Positions 22,665-32,591 of a stretch of 45,799 nucleotides of DNA are shown here, in pieces. The notes beneath the pieces were generated by a model. It was not told where the DNA came from, made no database searches, and worked only from the letters and a program-made list of their open reading frames with translations. Source of the stretch: Jimgerdemannia flammicorona. Taxonomy: Eukaryota. A program made the translations under genes and the position numbers. Numbering within the stretch: position 1 is the stretch's first letter; the number at the start of each line of letters is the position of its first letter. The stretch lies in contig RBNJ01000059.1 of the NCBI GenBank assembly GCA_003990765.1, positions 1 through 45,799 of the forward strand. Direction: 5' to 3'.

Positions 22665-25600
22665 ATGGATATGAGACCACCCATATTCTATGAATATACC
22701 TCCGATGAATCAATCATCACCTTTATTGATGATTTTGAGCAGTATACTGCTGTAAGAACCTTATTGGCAGCACAACAAGTAGCCCTACTCCCTGTGAGCC
22801 TCCGAGGCCCAGCAAGAACTGTGTTTACTGCAGCTAATGTACAAGGAGCTGATAATCCAGCAAGAATCCTAGCCTTCAAGACCTGGCTCCAGGTAATCTA
22901 CTATATAGATGAAATCAAACAAGTACTCAAAGATCAACTGAATACCATCTGCCAAGGAATATCAGAAGACCCAAACACATTCTACACAAGAATCTGACAC
23001 CAAATAGTCCTTGCTGACTATCCCGATGCAGTTCAAGACCAAGTGGCTGAGAATACCTTCATGAAAGGTATTCACCAAGAAATTGCTTTAGCCATTCGAT
23101 CTACCCCAACACCACTAGACCTGGGATAGAAAGTTACCTATACCCAAAGATACTGGACTGCCAGACACCCTCAAGGCCATACAATGGAAAGGATAACTGG
23201 AGTAAAAATCGAACAAGTACCAAGAATTACCAATACAGTCCCGGCTATCATAGTTAATCGAAATACACAACAACAACCACAAGGCCAAAGAAGGGTTGAC
23301 CCAATAGAGGAACTGACCAAGCAGTTTGCGGAAATGACAGCACACCTCAGTGATGTAGTCAAGGAATTCAAGAAGAAGTCAGTACAGAAGTTTGCTACTA
23401 CAAATGCAAGATGATCTATAACATACTACAACTGCGGAGAAGAAGGCCACTATGCCTCTGAATACATGACAGAAACCAAGTGAAAGGCCAATCTAAGCAA
23501 TGCAACCAGGAACTGCAAGCAGGCAAACACTATCACCTTCGAGGAGATTGGAGAATCTGAGGAGGAGAGGGAGGAATGGGAAGCTTACCCTGCCACCTTA
23601 AGCAAGAAGGATGTCTGATCCAGCCTCTACAAGAAACCAGTGGGCAGACCTCCTAAGAAGGCTCAGACACAAACAAGACAACCAGAAACAGTCATTGAAA
23701 AAGAAAACCAGCAGAGTGAAGCTGATCAAGATATGGAGCTGGAACAAGATGCTGAACTAGAGCGAGCAGTAGAAGATATTATTCGAAATACTACCCCATC
23801 AAGTGAAGGGAAGAAGGAGCAGAAACTGCGCAAGAGCAAGATCTTCAAGTATGACATCTTCAAGGATCTCAAGGACCAAAAGGTCAATGCAACCTTTGGC
23901 CAGCTGGCTGAAATCCCAACATTCAGACAACAAATGAGGATGGGAATCTCAGACATCAGCAAAGACCAAGGTTACAGAATAATTGAAGCCAACAATGCAC
24001 AAGAAGATTCAGATGAAGAGAGTGAAGATAACTAGAAAACATCAGTCTATGCTACCTGCCAGATCAAGAACCAGGTCTTTGAAGCCATCATTGATACAGG
24101 AGTAGGAGAATGTCTCATCACCAAGAAAGCAGTAGACCACCTAGGTTGGGAGATAGAAGAAGCTACCAAATTGGTGTTTGTCACAGCTGATGGGACATGA
24201 GCAACATCCTTGGGAAAAATTCGGGATGTACCAATCAAGTTTGGTGAAGCTACTATCCCTGTAGATGTTATTGTCACCAATACAACCAACTATGATATCC
24301 TCATTAGCAATCAATGGCTTCACAAAGCCAAGGCAATAATTGACCTCAGCGCACAGAAGATGCAGATTGTCTACCAGAGAAAGAAGATCAGAATTCCCAT
24401 CAATGTCCACAAAGGAGTCTGCCCTGAGATAGAGGAAGACTAAGAAGAAGAAGCCTATATGGTTACTATGAAGAAAGAAAAAGGTAAGCAATTGACAGAG
24501 GAAGAATGGTATACAAGAATCGCAGATGGTTATGCCCCACTAGGAAGGTGCCCCCATGGTGAAAGAATGTACTGTACCCAGCACCTGGATCGCTGCTACC
24601 CTTATATTATCGAGGTGAAAAAGATTACCAACAAGCCAAGGAAGAACCAGAAGGAACCAGAAGATGGACCACCAGAACTATTGGATGACAGCAATGATGA
24701 AGAAGACATCATAGTCAAGATACAAAGAATCTACCCTGATGCAGTCATGCCACAATACAAATTGGAAAATGCAGCTAGAATAGACCTATCTACAACAATA
24801 CACACAATACTCGAACCACAGACTACTACCATCCTAGGAATAGGAATCGAAGTAACTATTCCACCAAACCATATCAGAATCCTCAAGACAAGGAGTAGCC
24901 TGGCAAAAAGCAAAATATCTATAGAAGGAGGAGTCATCAACTCAGATTATACTGGAGAAATCCTTCTCCTTGCCAGGAACCACAACCCAACAATCCCATT
25001 TGAAGTAAGAAAGAAGGATCGGCTGGTGCAAATGCTCATCCTACCTGTCCTTAATCCAAGAATCAAGGAGGTCGCAAACATCAGACAGACTCAGTGAGGA
25101 AGAGCTGGATTTGGCTCTACAGGAAGAGGAGTCCTCGTAGCAACTAAGATTACTGAATTGGAGCACAAGAAGGAGGAAAGCCAAGACAAACACACCTATA
25201 CAATCAGAAGAAACTTTCCACTCAGAGAAGAATTGCAGAGCCTCTTGCATATATTCGAGGATGTACTGGCTACAGATTTCAAGGACATCAAGACCAAGAA
25301 ACCCTTGTATTATCACGATGTCAATACTGGAGATGCAAAGCCAATCTATCAGAAGGCCTGTCCCATTCCACCAGCATACAGAGAATGGCTCAAGACAGAG
25401 ATCAAGGAAATGGAGGAATCCAGTATCATTAAAGAAGCCAGCAGCCCTTAGTCCTCTCCCATTGTCCTTGCACCAAAGAAAGAAAGCCAACCAGGAGAAT
25501 TTGCACCAAGACTCTGCACAGATTATAGAAGACTCAACAAGGTCACAGAGAAGGACAGACAACCATTGCCCAACATTGGCGACATTCTTATCATACTGGG

Positions 25601-26645
25601 GAATGAAGCATGATTCTATACCACTCTTGATCTGTTCTCTGGATTCTACCAAATCAGCCTTATGTCTGAAGCCAGCAAAAGGTCAGTCTTCATCACCCCA
25701 GATGAAACTTACGTCTATCTCTGCATGCTCTTTGGAATGTGCAATACACCAGCAAGTTTCCAGTGAATGATGAATAGCATCTTCAGGAATGTTATGGAAA
25801 AATGGATGATGATATATATAGATGATGTGATTATCTTCAGCTGAACAGCCAAAGAACACTTGGACCACATTGAGGAAATCCTCAGAAGGCTTCGCAAACA
25901 TGGCCTCTATATCAAGTCCAGGAAATGCAAGTTTGGAGAAGAAGAAATCACATACCTTGGACACATCATCAACTGTGAAGGAATATATACAGACCCTACA
26001 AAGATCAAGGCAGTAGCAGCATACTCAGTACCTACCAGTATCACTGAAGCCCGAGCCTTCATGGGACTTACATCCTACTATAGAAGATTTATTAGAAGTT
26101 TCTCCCACATCGCCAGCCCTATCTATGATCTGTTCAGAAAAGAGATTAAGTTCCAGTGGACTCAGCAGCAGCAACTAGCCTTTGATGAGCTCAAGACCAG
26201 ATTGACCCAGGCCCCAATCCTGAGAAGACTTGACTGGACTCAAGAGTTTATTCTGCAGACAGATGCCAGTGTAATGGAACTTGGAGCTGTCCTTGTACAA
26301 AAGAAGAATGGTGCCAAATATGTGGTAGCTTATCTCAGCTGAGGTACCTGAGGAGCCGAGCAGTCCTATGAATCATACAAGTTGGAATGCCTTGCAGTTA
26401 TCAGGGCTGTAGAGAAGTTCTACTACTATCTGGCTGGCAGACACTTCACCATCTAGACAGATCATTTGGCACTCATCTGGTTGCTTACTACCAGTGAGCC
26501 CAAAGGAATCTATGCCCAATGGATCATGAAGCTGCAAGCATACGATGCCATGATCACCCACTACCCTGGAAAAACCAATGCCAATGCTGACGCCCTCTTA
26601 CAGATACTCCGAAGGACCCCACCCTCACAAAATCACCATGAATAG
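22665..26645 (+). pseudogene. gag-pol of C (gag, protease, dUTPase, RT, RNase H)
   Basis: ATG 22665; NCGEEGHYASE knuckle; IIDTGV protease; YIDD (~25815); FILQTDAS; ends NADAL...HHE* at 26643-26645. Confidence 0.93.
24710..25125 (+). pseudogene. dut: dUTPase domain of C
   Basis: AARIDL...RSSLAKSKISIEGGVINSDYTGEI...VQMLI...GFGSTG. Confidence 0.92.
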
Positions 26646-26866
26646 AGAGCTGTATTATGGAATCATCAGCTATCTGGGGCAGCAAAAGATGCCCCTACAT
26701 CTGGAAGAATGGACAAAAACAATTATTAATCAGACATGGAAATAATTTGATTGAGCAAGGGTGAAACCAGTCCATAATATCTGAGCAGATTACTGTTGTC
26801 AAGTACGCAGCGAAATTTTATGAAGATATGTAAACTTTTTAATTTATTATAAAATATAATAAAATA

Positions 26867-26919
<53 letters not shown>

Positions 26920-28011
26920 AAACAATTTGAAACTGATGGAGAAATACTCAAGAAAGGACAACAATTAGTCATCCCCAAGCACCAGAAGAATCAAGTGATG
27001 AAAGAAGTATATGAACAAGGTCATGTAGGAGAAACAAATATATATGACAAAGCAAAAAGAACCATGTAGTGGCCTGGAATGGAAGAAGATATCAGACAAT
27101 TTGTCAGAACCTGTGACAAATGCCAGAAACAGAAACAAGACTGATGGAATCAAGCCCCTGGATCAGCAGACATCGAACCAATACTATTTGCCTACATCGC
27201 AATGGATGTAATTGGCCCTCTACCCCTGATATTGACTGGCAACTGATATGTCATTGTAATAGTGGATCTATTTACAAAATAGGTAGAGGCCGGACCCCTC
27301 AAGGAAGCCAATACACAGTCAATTGCTGATTTCTTTCATAGAGAAATCATCTGCCAATTCAAGACCCCAAAGCAAGTTACCACAGACAGAGGAACAGAAT
27401 TTGTCAACCAGTTCCATGAGGTTCTTTACAAGAAGTACAAGATCCAGCACATCAAAACCACAGCCTATCATCCACAAGGAAACGGACAAGCAGAAAGAAC
27501 CAACAAGACTCTCAAGAACATCATTGCCAAGATCTGTGATGAATATGGAAACTGAGACCACTATCTACCAATAGCATTATCTACTCTGTGGGATATACAA
27601 TCACAAAGCACCCATTTTACACTATGAGAAATGCTATTCGGTGAAGAAGGTTCTGGTGGAAGTTTGTCAGCAGGTAATGATGCAATCTGGAAGTATGTGG
27701 ATATAGAGATATGGAGATTGCATCAAATTAGGAAAAAGGCAGAAGATTACATAATCAAGATGCAGGCACTACAATGGAGCAATACAGAAAAAACCCACAA
27801 GCCCCTGGAGATTATCAAGATAGGAGATGAAGTCCTGGTATATCGGAATATGGTAGAAGCCTCTTGGTCACGAAAACTGGAGCCTAAATGAGAAGGACCT
27901 TATCTGGTGCAAGATATAAAAGGGACTACTTTCCGACTACGAAAGCCTTCAGGCACAATAATCCCCACCACTATTTACCGAAACTGACTCAAGAAGTACC
28001 ATGGCCAATAA
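26638..28011 (+). pseudogene. Integrase of C as a separate ORF, interrupted by a poly(A) insert
   Basis: ATG 26638 (MNRELYYGII); GHVG...WPGM..DI..FVRTCDKCQ; MDVIGPL; TDRGTEF; AYHPQGNGQAERTN; EGPY; stop TAA 28009-28011. Confidence 0.9.
26751..26915 (+). mobile_element. Short poly(A)-tailed retroposed insert (5'-truncated LINE or SINE) with a 15-bp TSD
   Basis: Flanked by ATGGAAATAATTTGA (26736-26750) and ATGGAAACAATTTGA (26916-26930); AATAAA then an A run of roughly 47 nt; removal restores the integrase frame. Confidence 0.9.
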
Positions 28012-28462
28012 CTGGAGCACTGCAGCAGCACTCAAGATCACTAGTGCTGCACAAAGGGCTATTGAAAGACAATGGCACACCACCGAGCCTCTGACCATAG
28101 AGGCATACTATGAGGATATTCAGAGTATTGTGCAGACTCATCTCTCTCAGATCTCACATTTTAGTGCCTACTAACATCAGGCAGAGTTCTAAGAGTACTT
28201 CAAGCTTGGACAGGTGCTCAACCAGGATCCAGCAAAGACCAAAGAAGACTGGATCGCAGAGTGCCAACTCTCCTACTTACAGATTACTATTGCCAAAAGG
28301 ATCCACAAGCTATTTTAAAAAGATGAATTAGCATTAGCCCACCTGCAAGGAGTAACCCCTACCAACTTCGATAAAATAAGGAGACATCATTGGGAGACAG
28401 TCATGTAACAAATTGAACAGTACAAAACCATACAGACAGTCGAAGCATGGGAGTTTGAATAG
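28001..28462 (+). pseudogene. ORF3 accessory protein of C (153 aa, four TAA stops, all consistent with decayed CAA/CGA)
   Basis: MANNWSTAAALKITSAAQRAIERQW...EF(Q)EYFKLGQVL...EDWIAECQLSYLQITIAKRIHKLF...AWEFE*; conserved in B and F. Confidence 0.85.
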
Positions 28463-28499
28463 ATATCTCAGAGATGAGACTATCTATTCAGGAGGAAGT

Positions 28500-28955
28500 T
28501 GTGACGGTATAGCCGAATTAGGAAGAAGGAAATAGGAAATAGATACTTGATCCCACCCATTCCCAAAGTAGTATAGTTTTATAGTTAGCAGTCGCTGATT
28601 TCGACATTGTCTAAATTTCTAGACATTGTCCAAATCGAACACCTCGATTTAGTATAGCATTTCGACATTGTCTAAGTTTCTAGACATTGTCTAAATGACT
28701 CATAACTTAGCCATGTAACTCAGTAGCCATCTCATAGCTAGCAAACTTGTATAAATAACCCAGTATCTTTGAGTAAATAAACCTCAGATCGAAAGTGTTA
28801 GAAAAAGAACAAGTATATCAATAAAAGGATCTTTGGGATTACCTCTTTAAACATATTTAGCCTCAAGGAACTACTGACTCTGGGAGTCAAGAAGACAAGA
28901 ATTCAAGATAAAGAAATCTGATGTACTTGTCCATCTTAGCATCTGCTACATTACA
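28500..28955 (+). repeat. Element C 3' LTR
   Basis: TGTGAC...TTACA, direct repeat of the 5' LTR. Confidence 0.96.
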
Positions 28956-28959
28956 ATAT

Positions 28960-31342
28960 ATAGGTAGAAATATCTATTTTTTGAGTATATTACTTAAATT
29001 TAAGTTCTGAAAGAGCTTTGGTAAGAAAATCTACAATTATATACTCTGTGAGATATATTCTAAATATTAGTACTTAGAACAAATTAAATCAAGATCTAAT
29101 TTAATTTAAAGTCCAATTTAAATCTAATTTTTCAAAATTCAATAACTTAACTAAAATATATCCAAATTTAATAAATTTAAGCTTGTTCAATATATCTTAT
29201 AATAGAGAATCTAGTATAATAAAGAATATTAAATTTGGAGATATTTCTATTGAGTTATTATATTTTGAATTTGAGATAAATATTTTAAATCAAATTAGAC
29301 TCAAGTAAATTAAATTAAGTCTTAATTAAATTTAAATTTAAAATCTTCTATTTGATTTAATTCATTTAGGAGTACTACTAAATATATAATCTTATTCTCT
29401 ATATATTCTTTTATATAATAATACTATATAAAAATATTCTTTATTTTGAAATAATATACTAGATTTTTTGTCATAGTAATTATAGACTAGTTATCTTGAT
29501 AAATAAGTATAAAGTACTATTTCTAATTGAAGCAAAGCTTCTTTAACAGTTAATATAGCCAAATAGCTTTTTTTATTATAGTAAATAAAGTCTAATATTC
29601 AGTCTAAGTAGAAGAAATAGCTATAGAAGATTGCTTATATATTTGCTATAAAATAGTAGATTCTTTATTAATATGAAAATATATCTAGTTATAAATTAAT
29701 AATTATTCAAGTCTCTGACCCAATTAGTATTGTATGTACTAAATAATTATATATTATTCTTATTATTGCTCTTACTCAATCTATCAAGAGTGAGTATATA
29801 GTATATTATTTTTTTAATATATCTAAAAATTCTCTTAATAGTACTTCAATATGAATTATCATAATAAGAGAAATATTATATTACTTTATTTATAGTATAT
29901 AATATATCAGTTATTAATAGAAAATATTAGTATAGTTGTCATTTTTGTTAGCCTTAAGCTTTTTTAACTTTATAGATATATATATCTATAAGAGTACTAA
30001 TAGACTTATATTCACTTATACTGAAGTATTCTAGGATTATTTAGATATATATATTACTTATAAGAGATATATAGTATATATCCTTCTATTATATATAATT
30101 AATATTTCTAATAAGAATATATTATCTATATCTATCATTTTGAACTCCTGGTATAGGGCTTCTTTAACTCTATTAAGCCTATTCTTAGTAGTAATAATAA
30201 TTAATTATCCAACTATATTTATAAATACTATATTACTATTATTATAATACTAAATATATATATAATTATTAGCTTTGTAATATATAAATCTATTATTAAG
30301 AAGATATTTATTAATTCTTTTATTTCATAATTACACTACTTGTTTAATACTATATAGTCTCTTATATAATCTATATATAAGCTTATCATTCTGATTATTA
30401 TAACTTTATAGTTAATGAATATATAGTTCAGTATTAATATCTCTATTCAGGAATACTATCTTTATATATATATATCTAATAAATTTTCAGAATATATAGT
30501 ATGCTAATTGTAAGAAGTATTCTTAATTAAGTAAGTTTGAATACTAGAGAGAAGATCTCATTATAGTCTATACTATAATCTTATAAGTATCTTTTAGTAA
30601 TAAAATAAGCTTTATAGTATTCAATATATCTATTACTCTTATACTTAATTTTATAAATCTAATAGAATTTAATTACTTAGTAGTTTAGTAGAAGGAGTAC
30701 TAGATCATATATACTATTCTCTATAAGTAAGTTATATTCTTTATCTATAGCTTACTTCCATTTCTCACTATTAGGATTAGTTATAGTTTTTTTTTTTTTT
30801 TTTTCATAAGTACTAGACCTCTTTATTAACTAATCTATAATAAAAACATAGTCCTCATATTACACTAATAGTTCCAACTCAACCTCACTCTATTATATTC
30901 TAATATACTCTCTTTTCTAGACTAGTTATAACTTTATTATATATATATATATCTTACTAGAAGTTATAATATATATATTTATATACTTTAGTATAGCTCA
31001 TATAGTCTTTACTATATTGTCTGGAAGTCTTTGGTATATTTTAATAACTTTTTAATTTGAAGCAGATTTCTCAATAAATATTAAAATATTTTTATTTTTA
31101 TTTATTCTTCATAGATCTCTTATTGTTAAAGAATTCATTATTTTTATCTTTGATCTTTATTATTTTTAGTTTAGATATATATAGTAGTTGAAAATAATTT
31201 TAATTTACTACTAGAGAGATAGATGATGGCTATATTGATTAGAATATAAAGAATATTTTAATTGATATTTTTATATATATAAATTTTCTTATTATTGTCT
31301 TTTTCTCTGAACTATATATTATGTAAAATAACTATATACTAC
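28960..31342 (-). pseudogene. pol: Ty1/Copia pol relic (RT and RNase H), extremely AT-shifted
   Basis: KWK.A.D.EYN.LIEN, YKA.F..K.Y..DY.IDY.E.FS, EFKMID, KQSSIAISST..EY, AIWL..LL..L...IYQDN.S.I.M.KN.V...K.K.I..Y.YIKE, LEYI.TE....DFLTKAL. Confidence 0.85.
29068..29377. mobile_element. MITE with long imperfect inverted repeats and an 8-bp TSD (hAT-type)
   Basis: Ends TAGTACT.../...AGTACTA; CTAAATAT duplicated at 29060-29067 and 29378-29385; inner arms (e.g. TCCAAATTTAATA / TATTAAATTTGGA) are reverse complements; interrupts Copia RNase H. Confidence 0.8.
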
Positions 31343-32552
31343 TGTGACAAGCCAAGACGTATCACCTGAATCATATCTTAACCAGATGACGCGAACAAGA
31401 TGACGTGAACACTCAGCTTAGTAACTAGCAACCATTGCTGTGGAAACTATATAAATAGCCAGACATACCAGAAAGGGTCTGTTTACCTGTACAGACTCTG
31501 TACACCTGCCATAAGTAACAAGTCTATAGTTAGCCACATAGTAACCAGATAGCAACCAACTTGTATAAATTACCCCAGTGGTGAGAGTGAATAAAACCTC
31601 AGTCCGAAATACAAACACCAAAGAAGTCTCTAAAGATTGAGCATTGGTCCCCTTTCCACTCCGGTCCACTTTCTGATACAAAGCTTGAAGATTTGCTGCC
31701 TAAGTTCAAGGAAGAACTTCGCTGCCTTTGGAATTATTGTTATTGGTTCGCTTGCCAGATAAGCCTGAAGATTTCCGCCACCTTTCTTGCCACAAGCCAG
31801 TCTTTCTGACGCAACTTCGCAGTGGAGCCAGTCTATGACGTAACCCACAAATGAAGCCAGTCTTTGATGTAACTTGCCAAGAATCCGAGTTATTCGCCGT
31901 TTCTAAGTTATCCACCATATTCCCAGTTAAGCCACCATTTTCAAGAAGCCCGCCAAATCCATGCCATCCGCCATTTTCGAGTTATCCGCATTCCCAGAAA
32001 ACCCATGCCATCTAAGTAGTATTCCCAGTTGAAGCCGAATCCGCACTGTCCGAGTTATTCATCATTCCCAGTGAGCCTGAGTTATCGAGTTATCTGCCAC
32101 CCGAGATAATTCGCAGTGAGCCCGGTATAGAAGAATCCATGCCGTACGATTCCCAGTGAGCCAAATCGAGTTATCCGCCAAATTATCAGAATGTCCCACA
32201 TAAGGAAACCACTGCACTACACAGAGATTGTCATGCAGAAATCGCATAAGAAGAACCACTAGATTGCCAGACTGTCACACCCAGAGATCGCATACTTTCA
32301 GAGATCGTCACACTACACAAATTGTACCATTCCCAGTTGACCCAAGAAGGAAGTCCATTCACACACAAATCACCGCTACACCCAGAGAACTGTCCCAAAA
32401 AGGAAACCACTCGCACAGTATCCAGATCTTGACTATTATACTGCTAAATACCACAAACATTTTGTTGCTTTTAACAAAGTAACTGGGGGCTCAAGCCAAA
32501 CTATATCAACCCCCAACCTTGTAATTTGCCTCCATTGAGCCGGCACGTTACA
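31343..32552 (+). repeat. Element D 5' LTR (1210 bp)
   Basis: Direct repeat of 40143-41391. Confidence 0.97.
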
Positions 32553-32554
32553 TT

Positions 32555-32572
32555 TGGGGGCTCAACTGGGAA
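32555..32572 (+). promoter_or_regulatory. Primer binding site of D, tRNA-Pro-like
   Basis: TGGGGGCTCAACTGGGAA two bases after the LTR; close to the tRNA-Pro PBS TGGGGGCTCGTCCGGGAT. Confidence 0.8.
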
Positions 32573-32591
32573 GATTTCAAAATCGACGTAA

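Larger units (their letters stand above)
22110..28955 (+). mobile_element. Element C: full-length decayed Ty3/Gypsy (gag-PR-CPH module-dUTPase-RT-RH / IN / ORF3)
   Basis: 456-bp LTRs 22110-22565 and 28500-28955 (TG...CA), 4-bp TSD ATAT, PPT AGGAGGAAG before 28500. Confidence 0.96.

Noticed and set aside
26751-26830. Hammerhead ribozyme in the poly(A) insert (GTC, CTGA, GAAA present)
   Set aside because: The core reads CTGAGCAGA rather than CTGANGA and stems I and III cannot be formed convincingly.
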